A stretch of DNA of 64,000 bases from an uncultured Anaerolineales bacterium (GTDB lineage Bacteria > Chloroflexota > Anaerolineae > Anaerolineales > UBA11858). The position numbers were made by a program, and so were the translations under genes. Under the pieces are notes generated by a model. It was not told the origin of the DNA. It did no database searches and worked only from the letters and a program-made list of their open reading frames with translations. Below are positions 53,043-64,000 of this stretch, one piece after another (position 1 is the stretch's first letter; the number at the start of each line of letters is the position of its first letter). The stretch covers positions 1,958 through 65,957 of the forward strand of contig CAYVQU010000004.1 of NCBI GenBank assembly GCA_964453155.1, written 5' to 3'.

Positions 53043-55256
53043 ATGATGAAACCAGAAGGTAAAAAATATGAAGTCGAGATTGGCGGTAAAACGCTGGTCT
53101 TCGAAACCGGAAAACTGGCCGCCCAGGCCGGTGGTGCGGTGAGTGTTAGTTTGGGCGATTCTATGATTTTTGGGGTCGCCACCATGAGTAAAAAACCCCG
53201 CGAAGGGATCGATTTCTTCCCCCTGAGTGTGGATTATGAAGAACGGATGTATGCTGGCGGTCGGATTCCTGGATCCTTTTTCCGCCGCGAAGGTCGTCCG
53301 ACCGAGGAAGCGATCCTCACCTGTCGGTTGACGGATCGTCCCCTGCGCCCCCTCTTCCCCAAAGATATGCGCAACGACGTTCAGGTTATCCTGTACGCAT
53401 TCTCATCTGATGGTGAAAATCCTCTCGATATTTTGGCGATCAATGCGGCCTCCGCGGCAGTAATGATTTCCAACATCCCTTGGGCTGGACCTATTGGTGC
53501 GGTCCGAATTGGTCGAATTGACGGCGAATTTGTGGTCAATCCCACTTTTGAAGAACTTAAAGTATCCGACCTGGATTTACGCGTGGCCGGAACCCGCGAG
53601 GCCATTCTCATGGTTGAGGCCGGTGCCGATGAAATCCCCGAAGATGTCATGCTGAACGCTTTGGCCTTCGCCCACGAATCGATCCAACCCGTGGTTGACC
53701 TGATCGAGCAGATGGCGACTGAAATTGGCAAAGAGAAGAGTGAATACCCCTCTTTCGCCGGTGACGAAGCTTTGGAAACCAAAGTTTACAATCGAGTTGC
53801 CGGTAAATTGGCCGCTATCTTGGCCAATTCCGAATCAAAAGCTGACCTTTATGGCGCGGTGGATGTCCTCAAGGCTGAAATTGTTGACGAACTGCCCCCC
53901 GAAGATGAAGACCTAGTCAAAAGTGTTAAAGCTGCTTTTGAAGCTGCCTACAAAAAAGTAGTCCGTACCCGGATCATGGAAGAGAGTGTTCGCCCCGATG
54001 GCCGCGGTCTGAAAGATGTCCGCGATATCTGGTGTGAAACGGATTACAGCGCCCGAGCGCATGGCTCCGGCCTGTTCACTCGCGGTGAAACGCAAGTTCT
54101 CACCCTGGCGACCGTCGGCACCCCCCGCGATGCCCAGATGATGGATAATCTCACTCCCGTAGATGAGAAACGCTACATCCATCACTACAATTTCCCGCCG
54201 TTCTCGGTGGGTGAAACTCGCTTCCTGCGCGGTGCTTCTCGTCGGGATATCGGTCATGGCGCCCTGGCTGAACGGGCCCTGAAACCGATGATCCCCACCG
54301 AAACCGAATTCCCCTACACCTTGCGCCTCGTCTCTGAGGTTTTGGCCTCTAATGGGTCCTCCTCCATGGCCTCGGTCTGTGGTTCGACTTTGGCCTTGAT
54401 GGACACCGGTGTGCCGATCAAAGCCCCGGTATCTGGGGTAGCTATGGGCTTGATCAAAGATGGTGATAACTACGCCGTTTTGACGGATATCCAGGGCCTC
54501 GAGGATCACCTCGGCGACATGGACTTCAAAGTGGCCGGCACCGATCAAGGCATCACAGCCTTGCAAATGGATATCAAGATCAAAGGCATCCCCGCTGAGA
54601 TCATGTCCGAAGCACTGGCCCAAGCCAAAGTAGCCCGCGATCACATCATGAGCAAGATGCTCGAGACGATCTCGGAACCCCGTACCGAACTCAAATCCCA
54701 CGTGCCCCGCATCACGACCGTGAAAATCCCCGTTGACAAAATCGGCGCGGTGATTGGCCCCGGTGGTAAAGTGATCCGTGGTATCCAGGAAGAAACCGGC
54801 GCCACTATTGATATCGGCGAAGATGGCACCGTCTTCATCGCCACTGCCGATGCCGATAGCGCCCGCGCCGCCAAGATGCAGGTCGAAATGCTGACCGAAA
54901 CCCCCGAAGTGGGCCGCATCTACACTGGCAAGGTTGTTGGGATGAAAGATTTCGGCGCTTTCGTTGAAATCGCTCCCGGAACCGATGGTATGGTTCACAT
55001 TTCCCAGTTGGACACCCAGCGGGTGAATACCGTTGGCGATGTTGTCAACATGGGTGATGAAATCACCGTCATGGTTACCGAAATCAGCCCTGGTGGCAAA
55101 ATTCGCCTCTCTCGCCGAGCCGTCTTGGAAGGTTGGACAGCTGAAGAAGCTATCGAGCAAGATCGTGCCGGACAGAAGAAACGCAGTGGCAACCGCTCTG
55201 GCGGCGGCCGTCGTGATAACCGTCGTGGTGGTGGCGATCGCCGCAACCGACGCTAA
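53043..55256 (+). CDS. pnp: Polyribonucleotide nucleotidyltransferase (PNPase) with an Arg/Gly-rich C-terminal tail
   Basis: Two RNase PH domains, KH and S1 regions, and a GGAGG SD. The tail is ...[26 protein letters not shown]. Confidence 0.97.
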   Translation: MMKPEGKKYEVEIGGKTLVFETGKLAAQAGGAVSVSLGDSMIFGVATMSKKPREGIDFFPLSVDYEERMYAGGRIPGSFFRREGRPTEEAILTCRLTDRPLRPLFPKDMRNDVQVILYAFSSDGENPLDILAINAASAAVMISNIPWAGPIGAVRIGRIDGEFVVNPTFEELKVSDLDLRVAGTREAILMVEAGADEIPEDVMLNALAFAHESIQPVVDLIEQMATEIGKEKSEYPSFAGDEALETKVYNRVAGKLAAILANSESKADLYGAVDVLKAEIVDELPPEDEDLVKSVKAAFEAAYKKVVRTRIMEESVRPDGRGLKDVRDIWCETDYSARAHGSGLFTRGETQVLTLATVGTPRDAQMMDNLTPVDEKRYIHHYNFPPFSVGETRFLRGASRRDIGHGALAERALKPMIPTETEFPYTLRLVSEVLASNGSSSMASVCGSTLALMDTGVPIKAPVSGVAMGLIKDGDNYAVLTDIQGLEDHLGDMDFKVAGTDQGITALQMDIKIKGIPAEIMSEALAQAKVARDHIMSKMLETISEPRTELKSHVPRITTVKIPVDKIGAVIGPGGKVIRGIQEETGATIDIGEDGTVFIATADADSARAAKMQVEMLTETPEVGRIYTGKVVGMKDFGAFVEIAPGTDGMVHISQLDTQRVNTVGDVVNMGDEITVMVTEISPGGKIRLSRRAVLEGWTAEEAIEQDRAGQKKRSGNRSGGGRRDNRRGGGDRRNRR

Positions 55257-55273
55257 ATACACTGAAATCTAAG

Positions 55274-55303
55274 AGAGCGTTGCAATGTTGCAGCGCTCTT
55301 TTT
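55274..55303 (+). terminator. Intrinsic terminator after pnp
   Basis: AGAGCGTTGCA (55274-55284) pairs with TGCAGCGCTCT (55289-55299), followed by TTTT. Confidence 0.8.
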
Positions 55304-55538
55304 CGTTAACAGAGCTCTTACGTAACTTTTTTATCCATTTCTGCATCTAAGTGTGTGATGGTTCGCTGTTGAAAATCTAACAACATAATTACCGTCATGG
55401 CTGAACAGATTTTGGTTTGATATGTGGTTTATTTCAAGATACATGCTGAAATCTGCAAAAAAGCGAAATAATCTGAGTAGGAAGTTGTATCTGGTAGAAT
55501 TTACCTGATCAATTGAAAGAATAGGAGTAATCCAACCA

Positions 55539-56477
55539 ATGTCTGAGAAGAATGGCAACCAAATAAAAACACTAATCATTGGCTCTGGTCCGGCGGGTCT
55601 GTCGGCCGCGTTATATACGGCCCGCGCCAATTTAGAACCAGTCGTATTAACTGGCATGGAAATGGGCGGGCAAGTTTCGTTAACGCACCTGGTGGAAAAT
55701 TATCCCGGTTTTCCGGATGGAATATCGGGCCAGGCAATGGTAGAAGCCTTTAAACAACAAGCTGAAAAATTTGGTACCAAGACCATTTTTGACCTGGCGA
55801 CTGAGATTGATTTCTCTCAGCGGCCGTTTAAAGTCAAAACTTATGGGGAAGAACTCCTGGCCGAAACGCTCATCTTGACAACTGGGGCCACCCCGCGCCA
55901 CTTAGATGTTCCTGGCGAGGTGGAGTTCACCGGTAAAGGCGTTTCCTACTGTGGGACTTGTGACGGGCACTTTTTCCAGGGTAAAGATGTCGTCGTCGTT
56001 GGCGGTGGTGATAGTGCCCTTGAGGAAGCCCTTTTCCTAACACGTTACGTCAACTCCGCCACGATCATTCACCGCCGAGATGAATTACGGGCAGGTGCTT
56101 TGCTTCAACAGCGAGCGTTTAATAACCCCAAAATCAAATTTATTTGGGATACGGTTGTTACTGAGATCGCGGGCGATGGCGTTGTTGATCGGGTTAAATT
56201 GCATAACAAGAAAACGGGTGAAGATTCTGAATTTGAAACCGAAGGTGTGTTTATTTTCATCGGCCATATTCCGAACACGGATTTATATAAAGACAAGCTG
56301 GACATGGACGAAAATGGTTATTTAATCGTGGATAAGTTTATGCAAACCAATATCCCCGGTGTGTATGCAGCAGGTGAAGTCGCAGATTCACATTTTCGGC
56401 AAGTTATTACTTCTGCAGGGATGGGCGCGGCGGCTGGGATGCAGGCGATCCGGTTCCTCGAGGAGCATGAAGAATAA
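55539..56477 (+). CDS. trxB: Thioredoxin-disulfide reductase
   Basis: FAD motif [14 protein letters not shown], redox-active CGTCDG and NADPH motif [12 protein letters not shown]. Confidence 0.93.
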   Translation: MSEKNGNQIKTLIIGSGPAGLSAALYTARANLEPVVLTGMEMGGQVSLTHLVENYPGFPDGISGQAMVEAFKQQAEKFGTKTIFDLATEIDFSQRPFKVKTYGEELLAETLILTTGATPRHLDVPGEVEFTGKGVSYCGTCDGHFFQGKDVVVVGGGDSALEEALFLTRYVNSATIIHRRDELRAGALLQQRAFNNPKIKFIWDTVVTEIAGDGVVDRVKLHNKKTGEDSEFETEGVFIFIGHIPNTDLYKDKLDMDENGYLIVDKFMQTNIPGVYAAGEVADSHFRQVITSAGMGAAAGMQAIRFLEEHEE

Positions 56478-56493
56478 CCAATACCCGTAGCAA

Positions 56494-56535
56494 AAATCCC
56501 GCTGGAAAACGTAAAATCTTCAGCGGGATTTTTTT
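56494..56535 (+). terminator. Intrinsic terminator after trxB
   Basis: AAATCCCGCTG (56494-56504) pairs with CAGCGGGATTT (56521-56531), followed by a T-run. Confidence 0.85.
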
Positions 56536-56651
56536 ATTTTGCAGGATTGTAAGGCGTGGTACGAATTAGGGGGTGTATTCTTGGTGGTTAGGCTTTATAA
56601 TATTCGGGTCGAAAATAATTGATCGGGCATTTAATTGTAATTGAAAGGGTG

Positions 56652-57020
56652 ATGATGTCGGGAAAAAGAGTGCTTTTAATTGAAGATAATGTGACTTTAG
56701 CCATCGGTCTCGAAACATGTCTGAAGGCCAATGGCTACCAGGTTCAACGCGTGATGAATGGACGGGATGCCGTCACTGCCTGTCAGCAAAACTTACCCAA
56801 TTTGGTCGTTACGGATGTGATGATGCAGCACATGGACGGATTGACTTTTTTACAGCATCTCCGTAACCTTTCCAAGGGCGATGAACTGCCCGTAATTGTG
56901 ATCTCGGGAATGGCCGACCAGTACTCTATTGAAGAGATCAAGGCTCTCGGGGTCGATCAAATCTTAACCAAACCTTTTTCGTTGGATACATTTTTGAAAG
57001 CTGTCCAGGCTCATCTTTAG
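56652..57020 (+). CDS. Single-domain response regulator (CheY-like receiver)
   Basis: 'RVLLIEDN', the phospho-acceptor region 'LVVTDVMMQHMDG' and 'LTKP'. The start is trimmed to ATG 56652 (AAGGG SD). Confidence 0.85.
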   Translation: MMSGKRVLLIEDNVTLAIGLETCLKANGYQVQRVMNGRDAVTACQQNLPNLVVTDVMMQHMDGLTFLQHLRNLSKGDELPVIVISGMADQYSIEEIKALGVDQILTKPFSLDTFLKAVQAHL

Positions 57021-57053
57021 ATTTATGCTTACAGAATTTTAATTTAATAAAAC

Positions 57054-57083
57054 AACACCCTTCCGAAATTTTGGAAGGGTGTT
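57054..57083. terminator. Bidirectional terminator between convergent genes
   Basis: AACACCCTTCC (57054-57064) pairs with GGAAGGGTGTT (57073-57083). It is flanked by A-rich sequence upstream and T-rich sequence downstream. Confidence 0.75.
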
Positions 57084-57109
57084 TTAGTTTTCAGGATGAG
57101 ACGAATATT

Positions 57110-58261
57110 CTAGGGTACTGGTGTTGATTCTTGGCCTTCACCTATCCAGGTAAAAGCCCGGCGGGTGCTGCCAGCGCCCGCTGTGTCCCAGATTGGATTC
57201 CCGGCCTCATCCGTTCCAATTTGTCGGACAGCCATGACCCACCAACGATAAACATGAGGAACTTCATCTGTTGAACGGAATTCCGCGGGGACAGTATATT
57301 TGGTATCGTCCACATATCCAACCAATTTGCGGCCGGATCCATCGGTGATGTCTTCCACCGTCACAGCGTAGGCCTCATTATCATTGAGCGTGCCCACCGC
57401 GGCCCATTGGAGGACCACAGCCTCATCCGTGATCGCATAATGAGCCCCATCCACTGGTCGCAGCAATTCTGGTGCGGGATACGGTGGCGGTGGAGTAGGC
57501 GTTGGTGACGGTCCCGGAGTAGCAAATCGTTCACAGAGGGGAATGATCAAATTTAATCCTGAGAAAACGATATTATTAACCATCCCATTGAATTCCTTAA
57601 TGGCTTCCATCGGGACGTTGTAATTGGTCGAGATGCTGCTTAGAGTATCGTTTTCTTGTACAGTGTAATTTATCTTTTCACACGCGGCGATGGTCGCATC
57701 TAACCCACTCAAAGTGGCAGTGGGGAACGGGGTTGAAGTTGGGGTTGGGTACGGGATCAGCAATTTCTGGCCATCAAATAGAGTGGCACAATCGGCGGGT
57801 AAGTTATTTAGGCGAACAATGCTTTGTACCGAAATGTCAAAAGCCACTGCAATACCGCCGCAGGTATCACCAATCTTAACTACATAGGTAAAGGGTGTTG
57901 CGGTTGGTTCCGGGGTTGCCGTCGCGGTCGGGGTGACCGGGGTTGGAGTCAACGAGGGCGTCATTGTCAAAGTGACGGTCGGGGTTTCGGTAGGGACCAC
58001 AATTTGATCCGTCTCTTGCAGGGCGTAGAAAACCATCCCAGCCCCAATTGCCAGGAACAAGGCTAATAACCCAATGATGATTGGCAAGCTCAACGTCACT
58101 GAGGGCATTCGACTGCCTCGAACGCTGGGAATTGCAGTCGGGCCGGTATCCCCAGTAGCTGCCAATGTGCTGCCGCACACCAGACAGCGGGTGGCATCTT
58201 CGCTCAGCCGGGTGCCACAGGTTGGACATAATTTTGTGGTAGATGAATTATCAATTGTCAT
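57110..58261 (-). CDS. Membrane-anchored protein with N-terminal zinc ribbon, Thr/Pro linker and two LysM domains
   Basis: CPTCGTRL...CLVCGS zinc ribbon, one TM helix, and LysM-like 'YVVKIGDTCGGIAVAF...' and 'YTVQENDTLSSISTNY...'. The start is trimmed to MTIDNSST. Confidence 0.75.
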   Translation of the reverse strand: MTIDNSSTTKLCPTCGTRLSEDATRCLVCGSTLAATGDTGPTAIPSVRGSRMPSVTLSLPIIIGLLALFLAIGAGMVFYALQETDQIVVPTETPTVTLTMTPSLTPTPVTPTATATPEPTATPFTYVVKIGDTCGGIAVAFDISVQSIVRLNNLPADCATLFDGQKLLIPYPTPTSTPFPTATLSGLDATIAACEKINYTVQENDTLSSISTNYNVPMEAIKEFNGMVNNIVFSGLNLIIPLCERFATPGPSPTPTPPPPYPAPELLRPVDGAHYAITDEAVVLQWAAVGTLNDNEAYAVTVEDITDGSGRKLVGYVDDTKYTVPAEFRSTDEVPHVYRWWVMAVRQIGTDEAGNPIWDTAGAGSTRRAFTWIGEGQESTPVP

Positions 58262-58447
58262 AAGTATCCTGGATTGGATTGTACCAATTCCATAAAAGTT
58301 CATACCAACTGGGTAGATTTCGGTAAATTGGGGATTCGTAACCTGATTTCCGATATTTACCCGAGCGGTGACAGCCTAGATTGTCAGGCCGCGGCGATTA
58401 TACCCCCTTTCTGTAACCCTGCCAAACCGGATGGTATACTCCTGGTG

Positions 58448-59656
58448 ATGCAGCCCCATAGTATATATATTCATATCCCTTTTTGCCAAAAACGGTGTAG
58501 TTATTGTGATTTTAACACCTATGCCGGTCAAGGAAATCTTATTCCGGCCTACGTAGCCGCTGTGGAGAAAGAAATCCAGGTTTTTGCTTCCCAGGTAGCT
58601 ACAGCTATTCCGGTTCAAACGATTTTCTTCGGGGGTGGCACACCATCACTATTGTCGCTTGACCAGTTTGAACGAATTATGGCAATCGTGCGGTCGAATT
58701 TCAACTTAAAAACTGATCTTGAAGTCACCCTGGAAGCCAATCCTGGAACACTGACATTGGATTATTTAACCGCTATCCGCAGGATTGGCCTCAATCGCTT
58801 GAGTGTGGGGATGCAATCCGCGCTTCCAGCCGAGTTGGCCTTGTTGGATCGTCAACATTCCCATGAAGATGTTGTTCAGGCTGTTCAATGGGCCCGAGAA
58901 GCCGAATTTGAAAATCTCAGCCTCGATTTGATTTTTGGACTCCCCTCCCAAACCCTCGAAAACTGGGCCGATACGTTGAGACAGGCCTTAGATTTAAATC
59001 CCGATCATTTTTCGCTCTATGCTTTGACGATCGAACCCGACACACCCCTCCATTCTTGGGTAACTGCTGGAACGGTCGCAGCCCCAGATCATGATTTAGC
59101 TGCCGAAATGTATGAACTCGCCAGTGAAAAATTGGCCACAGCCGAATTTATTCAATATGAAATTTCAAATTGGGCGCGGACAGATGATGAAAGCACGCCT
59201 TCCGAAATCCAAATTCCCCACTCTCCATTCAAATGCCATCATAATCTACAGTATTGGCGGAATTTACCTTACATTGGTTTTGGGGCCGGTGCGCATGGTT
59301 TTGTGGGGGGGTATCGAACTGAGAATGTGCGGGGTTTGCAAGCCTATATTGCGGCTGTTGATGGATCAGATAAATTCATGGGAAATTTCCCGCGTACGCC
59401 AGCAACGAAAAAATTAAACCGGATTGATTTTGAAACTGAGATGCGGGAGACGATGATGATGGGCTTGCGGTTGACTACTGAAGGGGTCTCGGATGATCAG
59501 TTTAAGCTGCGTTTTGGCAAGTCTTTGGGTGTCGTCTTTAAGCCAGAAATCGAAAAATTGGTCGATTGGGGGTTGTTGGAATGGGCCGGTGACCGTATCC
59601 GTCTGACATCCAAAGGGCGCTTAGTGGGGAATCAGGTGTTTTTAGAATTTATCTAA
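58448..59656 (+). CDS. hemW: Radical SAM heme chaperone HemW (oxygen-independent coproporphyrinogen oxidase-like)
   Basis: 'IYIHIPFCQKRCSYCDF' CxxxCxxC motif immediately after the trimmed start ATG 58448. Confidence 0.85.
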   Translation: MQPHSIYIHIPFCQKRCSYCDFNTYAGQGNLIPAYVAAVEKEIQVFASQVATAIPVQTIFFGGGTPSLLSLDQFERIMAIVRSNFNLKTDLEVTLEANPGTLTLDYLTAIRRIGLNRLSVGMQSALPAELALLDRQHSHEDVVQAVQWAREAEFENLSLDLIFGLPSQTLENWADTLRQALDLNPDHFSLYALTIEPDTPLHSWVTAGTVAAPDHDLAAEMYELASEKLATAEFIQYEISNWARTDDESTPSEIQIPHSPFKCHHNLQYWRNLPYIGFGAGAHGFVGGYRTENVRGLQAYIAAVDGSDKFMGNFPRTPATKKLNRIDFETEMRETMMMGLRLTTEGVSDDQFKLRFGKSLGVVFKPEIEKLVDWGLLEWAGDRIRLTSKGRLVGNQVFLEFI

Positions 59657-59720
59657 CCAGAGAAGACGCAAAAGTTTATCAAGAATCCAGAAAGTATCTC
59701 CTGGTTTCCTCAGATCAAGG

Positions 59721-60734
59721 TCAAACTTGGCGGTTAAGGAGTTGGTCTGCCAATTCGTGGAGGGCTTTGCCAGCCACCCCTTGGGGGTTCGCTTTTCCAA
59801 GCGCGGCGAGGGCGGTTTGCGTCAAGCGATCGGCCTCATCTTGAGCAAAATTTCGCGCACCTTCTGCTTCGAGTTGGGCGGCAATTTCGGAGACTTCGGT
59901 GGGCAAAATAGGTCCAGCATTCCACCGGGCGGCGAATTCGCCTCCGGCTTCTAAGCCAAATAATACGGGCAGGGATTTTTTCCCGGAAACCAAATCGGAG
60001 GCGTTAGATTTCCCAATTTGGCCCGCGTCCCCCCAAATTCCGAGAATATCATCTAATACTTGAAAGGCCAGCCCCAAATTGAGTCCAAAGTCACGATAAG
60101 CTGTGTGAGTCTTTTCATCCACCCCTGCAGCCAAAGCCCCCAGCGCGGTACAGGCGGCGATCAGCGCGGCGGTTTTTCCGGTAATCATGGGCCAATAATC
60201 GGTAATTGTGAGATCAGCCCTGGTTTCGTAGGAAATGTCTAAATACTGTCCTTGGGTGAGAGTCAGGCAGGTTTCCTGGAGTATCTGGGTGGCCGCCAAG
60301 GTGATTTCTGGCGTTGAAGTTTCATGTAAGCGCAACAAGGCCAAATGCGCCAGGCTGAACATGGCATCACCAGTGTTGATGGCCTGCGGTACGCCCCATT
60401 TGGTCCAGGCTGTTGAGCGGCCGCGCCGTAACGGGCTGTTATCCTCGATGTCATCGTGGAGTAATGAGAAATTGTGAATTAGTTCGATGCCGGCTGCAGC
60501 TGGTAGGGCGTTTTGCCATTCTCCGCCCGCAGCTGCCGCGGTTAGTATTACCAGAATCGGCCGAATTCGTTTGCCGCTGGCTTTTGGTCCGGCGCCTTCA
60601 CCTTCCCAGCCGAGATGATAGGCCATGATATGGTGGAGTTCTTGGAACGGCGATTCGTTGATCCGGTTGAGAGCCAGTTTGAGTTCAGTTTCGATGGCTG
60701 GCAGATAAGTGGCGGTGAGTTGAGAGAGGCTCAT
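59721..60734 (-). CDS. Polyprenyl diphosphate synthase (short-chain, GGPP/FPP synthase-like)
   Basis: First Asp-rich motif [12 protein letters not shown] and second motif [11 protein letters not shown]. It overlaps the upstream gene by 4 nt. Confidence 0.85.
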   Translation of the reverse strand: MSLSQLTATYLPAIETELKLALNRINESPFQELHHIMAYHLGWEGEGAGPKASGKRIRPILVILTAAAAGGEWQNALPAAAGIELIHNFSLLHDDIEDNSPLRRGRSTAWTKWGVPQAINTGDAMFSLAHLALLRLHETSTPEITLAATQILQETCLTLTQGQYLDISYETRADLTITDYWPMITGKTAALIAACTALGALAAGVDEKTHTAYRDFGLNLGLAFQVLDDILGIWGDAGQIGKSNASDLVSGKKSLPVLFGLEAGGEFAARWNAGPILPTEVSEIAAQLEAEGARNFAQDEADRLTQTALAALGKANPQGVAGKALHELADQLLNRQV

Positions 60735-61756
60735 AAGGATTTAATTTTTGAAGGAAGCTGATCAAGATTGGCTGATCCAGTCGCAAACATCGTGACCTGG
60801 ATTTCACGTTGAATTTCCTGGATGGTTTGAATAATCGCCTCAATGGAAATATTCGCAGCTTTGAGGAACGGTCCGGCTAAACCGCCCATTGTGGCCCCCA
60901 GCGCGACAGATTTGGCAAGGTCTAATCCGGTTTTCAGCCCTCCAGAGGCAATCACCGGGATCGCCGGATCAACCTGGCGGACATTCTGGATTGAATCGGA
61001 AGTTGGAATGCCCCAATCGAGGAAAGCCGCCGCCAACCGGCGTTGACTGTCGGTCTCGGCCCGGTGCATTTCGACTTGCGTCCAGGAGGTGCCGCCTGCA
61101 CCTGCGACGTCGATGGCTGACACACCCGCCTCAATAAGCTGCCGGGCGGTATCGGTTGAAATCCCCCAGCCTACTTCTTTAGCGATCACCGGAACTGGGA
61201 AATTTCGGCAAACAGCTTCGATTTTTTTAAGTAAACCGCCAAAATGAGTATCCCCTTCGGGTTGGACGGCTTCTTGGAGGGGATTCAAATGCAGAATCAG
61301 CGCATCGGCCGCGATCATTTCAACCGCGCGTAAACAATGATCCCGGGAATAGCCGTAATTCAGCTGAATTGCCCCCAAATTAGCAAACAACAATATATCT
61401 GGAGCCGCCTCCCGGACCTGGAAGGTAGCAGCCAGTTCCGGATTTTCAATTGCGGCTCGCTGGGAGCCTAATCCCATGGCGATCCCGGTTTCCTGGGCGG
61501 CGGTGGCTAACCGGCGGTTGAGTTCACCGGCCTCGGTTGTGCCCCCTGTCATGGAGGAAATTAGGATCGGGGCTGATAATTTTTTCCCAAATAAATCAAC
61601 TGAAAGGGCAATATCTTCCAGGTCGATTTCCGGCAGGGCCGCATGGGTAAAATGATACCGTTCCAACCCAGTAGTCAGGCCGGAACGGACGTCTTCTTCT
61701 AAGTTTATTCGAATGTGGTCAGCTTTCCGGGAACTGGTTTGCGTAACTTTTGCCAT
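60731..61756 (-). CDS. fni: Type 2 isopentenyl-diphosphate delta-isomerase (FMN-dependent)
   Basis: '[14 protein letters not shown]' N-terminus, TIM-barrel pattern and the AGAGGTSW motif. Confidence 0.9.
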   Translation of the reverse strand: MAKVTQTSSRKADHIRINLEEDVRSGLTTGLERYHFTHAALPEIDLEDIALSVDLFGKKLSAPILISSMTGGTTEAGELNRRLATAAQETGIAMGLGSQRAAIENPELAATFQVREAAPDILLFANLGAIQLNYGYSRDHCLRAVEMIAADALILHLNPLQEAVQPEGDTHFGGLLKKIEAVCRNFPVPVIAKEVGWGISTDTARQLIEAGVSAIDVAGAGGTSWTQVEMHRAETDSQRRLAAAFLDWGIPTSDSIQNVRQVDPAIPVIASGGLKTGLDLAKSVALGATMGGLAGPFLKAANISIEAIIQTIQEIQREIQVTMFATGSANLDQLPSKIKSL

Positions 61757-61828
61757 GTGTAAGTGTTCCTGTGGGGTGAAGTTATCTTACCAGTCTGATT
61801 CAGGCCTGTCAACAAACTTTGCTGGTGC

Positions 61829-61856
61829 TTGACAGAATAAAACCCCTGGGTAAAAT
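61829..61856 (+). promoter_or_regulatory. Candidate sigma70 promoter of acpP
   Basis: TTGACA (61829-61834), a 16-nt spacer, then TAAAAT (61851-61856). The inverted repeat CTGTCAA/TTGACAG (61806-61812 / 61829-61835) overlaps the -35. Confidence 0.5.
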
Positions 61857-61931
61857 TGCTTGAGTGTAGACAAAAAGTCGGGACTACTCAGCTCCCATAA
61901 AAAAAACTACAATTTCCTTGAGGAGGAACCC

Positions 61932-62168
61932 ATGTCTGACGAAGTTTTTGGAAAAATTAAAGAGATTATTGTTGAATTGTTAGATGTTGAAGAAGAAAAG
62001 GTCACCCTTGCAGCCCGATTCCGTGAGGATTTAGAAGCTGATTCCCTCGATCTCGTTGAATTGATCATGGAATTCGAAGAGCGCTTTGGCGGCGAAATCT
62101 CCGACGAAGATGCCCAGAAGATCACCACAGTTGGGGAAGCTGTCAAATACGTTACCGAAAAGATGTAA
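61932..62168 (+). CDS. acpP: Acyl carrier protein
   Basis: 78 aa after trimming to [13 protein letters not shown] (AGGAGG SD). It has the phosphopantetheine site [11 protein letters not shown]. Confidence 0.93.
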   Translation: MSDEVFGKIKEIIVELLDVEEEKVTLAARFREDLEADSLDLVELIMEFEERFGGEISDEDAQKITTVGEAVKYVTEKM

Positions 62169-62293
62169 GTGTTGGGGTTGAGCGGTTTGGGGTTGGATTA
62201 ACAATCAACTGGTGTGCCGCTCAACCAAAGCAAATTTCGGCTTGAAAGTGAGTTTTTGATCAGCTTGTTTTCCGAAATTTGCACTTAAAAATA

Positions 62294-62324
62294 AAAAAGC
62301 CCGCCAGTTGGTGGGCTTTTTTTC
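62294..62324. terminator. Intrinsic terminator between convergent acpP and sucD
   Basis: AAAAAGCCCGCC (62294-62305) pairs with GGTGGGCTTTTT (62311-62322), with one G-U pair on the plus strand. A-run and T-run flank it. Confidence 0.75.
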
Positions 62325-62421
62325 GTAATAGGGAGAATTGGGGAGCCAGCATTCCGAATAGTGTAATGTATCGCCTGTACTGAGTTTCATCGAAGTGAAG
62401 GGTGCGGCTCAGGATAGGGAC

Positions 62422-63282
62422 TTACAACAAACTCGGAATTTCTTCCGGATGCCGGGCGACTTTGACTCCGGCGGCTTCGAGGGCCTTGATTTTATCAGCA
62501 GCAAGGCCAGTGCCGCCTTCAACGATGGCACCGGCGTGCCCCATCCGTTTTCCAGGCGGGGCGGTTTGGCCAGCGATGAATCCGGCGACGGGTTTCGTCA
62601 TGTGCGTGGCGATGAATTCGGCCGCTTTTTCTTCATCGGTTCCGCCGATTTCACCAATCAGAACTACTTTTTCGGTTTGGGGGTCTTCCTCAAAGAGACG
62701 CAAGGTATCGATAAAATTGGTACCATTGATGGGATCCCCACCGATGCCGACACAGGTGCTGACACCCATCCCTAATTCTTTCAATGCGTAAAGCACTTCA
62801 TAGGTCAGTGTACCAGAGCGGGAAACTACACCAACATTTCCTGGGATGGCAATGTTCCCAGGAATGATGCCAACTTTGGCTGCACCGGGGGTTAACAATC
62901 CAGGGCAATTGGGGCCAACCAGCCGGATATTCTTCTGATCCAAATAATTGCGAACCTTCATCATATCTTGAACCGGGATGCCCTCAGTGATGCAGATTAT
63001 CAATTCGATTTCGGCGTCGGCGGCTTCGAACATGGCATCGGCTGCAAAGCGAGAGGGGACGAAGATCACGCTCGTGTTCGCCCCGGTGGCTTCCTTAGCA
63101 ATTTTGACCGAGTCGAAGATCGGAACTTTGCCGTCGAGGACCCATTCACCACCTTTGCCAGGAGTGACCCCCGCAACAACTTTTGTACCGTATTCCAACA
63201 TCTGTCGGGTGTGGAATAAACCTTCATGGCCAGTAATGCCCTGACCTAAGAGACGAGTGTTTTCATTGACGAGAATACTCAT
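62422..63282 (-). CDS. sucD: Succinate--CoA ligase subunit alpha
   Basis: '[16 protein letters not shown]', the phosphohistidine loop '[10 protein letters not shown]', and 286-aa length. Confidence 0.95.
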   Translation of the reverse strand: MSILVNENTRLLGQGITGHEGLFHTRQMLEYGTKVVAGVTPGKGGEWVLDGKVPIFDSVKIAKEATGANTSVIFVPSRFAADAMFEAADAEIELIICITEGIPVQDMMKVRNYLDQKNIRLVGPNCPGLLTPGAAKVGIIPGNIAIPGNVGVVSRSGTLTYEVLYALKELGMGVSTCVGIGGDPINGTNFIDTLRLFEEDPQTEKVVLIGEIGGTDEEKAAEFIATHMTKPVAGFIAGQTAPPGKRMGHAGAIVEGGTGLAADKIKALEAAGVKVARHPEEIPSLL

Positions 63283-63285
63283 GTA

Positions 63286-64000
63286 CTACGCTCCCTTCGC
63301 CGCGGCAACGGCCTTTTCAGCGGCGTCTGCCAGGGTAGTGGCCGTGATCATTTGGGCTTCAGACAAAATTTGACGGCCTTCTTCGGCATTGGTGCCGACC
63401 AGGCGGACAACCATCGGCACATCGGGTTTGACTTCATCGAGGGCAGTCAGGATGCCGCGGGCGACTACATCACCGCGGGTGATGCCGCCAAAGATATTGA
63501 TTAGGATCGCTTTGATGTTGGGGTCGGAAAGGATAATTCGGAAGGCGGCCGCAACTTTTTCGGCGCTGGCTCCGCCCCCTATATCCAGGAAATTGGCGGG
63601 TTCGCCGCCGAAAAGCTTGATGATATCCATGGTGGTCATGGCCAAGCCGGCTCCGTTGACCATACAGCCGATATCCCCGTCCAATTTGATGAAGGATAGC
63701 CCGTATTTACGCGCTTCAGTCTCAGCCTCGGCTTCGACATCAAGATCACGTTTTTCGGCGAGGTCAGGGTGACGGAAGAGGGCATTGTCATCCAAGACCA
63801 TTTTGCCGTCGACGGCTAACAATTTATCATCGGCAGTGATAACCAAAGGGTTAATCTCGGCCAGGTTGGCATCGGAAGCGGAATAGGCTTTCCAAAGTCC
63901 GTGGGCGATCCGGCCAAAAACACGCCAGTGGTTACGAGGTAAGTCAATTCCGGTGGCAATATCACGGGCCTGAAAGTCACGCAGTCCTAAAATAGGGTCG
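63286..64000 (-). CDS. sucC: Succinate--CoA ligase subunit beta, C-terminal part; N-terminus is beyond the window
   Basis: The frame stays open to nt 63999 (…[33 protein letters not shown]…). The 'M' at 63846 in the ORF track is an internal TTG Leu codon. Confidence 0.92.
   Translation of the reverse strand, partial: DPILGLRDFQARDIATGIDLPRNHWRVFGRIAHGLWKAYSASDANLAEINPLVITADDKLLAVDGKMVLDDNALFRHPDLAEKRDLDVEAEAETEARKYGLSFIKLDGDIGCMVNGAGLAMTTMDIIKLFGGEPANFLDIGGGASAEKVAAAFRIILSDPNIKAILINIFGGITRGDVVARGILTALDEVKPDVPMVVRLVGTNAEEGRQILSEAQMITATTLADAAEKAVAAAKGA

Noticed and set aside
53913-55262. 449-aa ORF antisense to pnp
   Set aside because: It lies entirely within and antisense to a highly conserved gene. 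Its Gly/Asp/His/Phe-rich composition is the mirror of the sense codons, and it has no SD or independent promoter. This is a typical shadow ORF produced by sense-strand codon bias.
62395-62791. Two overlapping plus-strand ORFs (126 and 129 aa) downstream of acpP
   Set aside because: They are antisense to the conserved sucD coding region and start (GTG) inside the sucD 3' UTR hairpin element. No supporting signals are present.
1-64000. Search for tRNA, rRNA, CRISPR arrays, transposases, integrases, toxin-antitoxin pairs and retron/DGR reverse transcriptases
   Set aside because: I found none of the following: T-loop/cloverleaf candidates in intergenic regions; direct-repeat/spacer arrays; transposase, integrase or RT motifs in any ORF. 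This was visual inspection only, and tRNAscan-SE, Infernal or ISEScan would settle it.

Overview
The window looks like a chromosomal segment from a mid-GC bacterium. Gene content and fusion architectures suggest Chloroflexota/Anaerolineae, but that is inference only. Most of it is housekeeping: a pyrimidine operon (pyrC-pyrB-pyrF/E fusion-pyrD); a long minus-strand string (DHH-CBS-CCA fusion, nusA, ylxR, infB, rbfA, nrnA, truB, ribF); rpsO-pnp; trxB; htpG; surE; isoprenoid genes (type 2 IDI and a polyprenyl synthase); acpP; and sucDC. A thiamine salvage operon (thiN-thiB-thiP-thiQ) sits behind a clear TPP riboswitch. I found no rRNA, tRNA, CRISPR array, transposase or integrase. Many ORF-track entries are antisense or alternate-frame shadow ORFs, and about 18 real genes have their first-listed start trimmed to an internal start with a better ribosome-binding site. 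Three regions are worth a second look. (1) A tightly packed SWIM-SNF2 helicase / orphan protein / membrane-anchored EEP / SF2 helicase with a transmembrane hairpin (5.7-13.5 kb). (2) An all-unknown envelope island (29.2-35.0 kb): split permease pair, two DUF3048 lipoprotein paralogs, then DUF2085, DUF4126, DUF4190 and a small Cys-rich membrane protein. (3) Several recurring structured intergenic elements: a nested-hairpin repeat, an ATTTCGG/CCGAAAT hairpin family, AACGTT octamer arrays, a shared GGTTGGTTCGTTTG motif, and structured leaders. All family assignments come from motif recognition by eye, and no searches were run.
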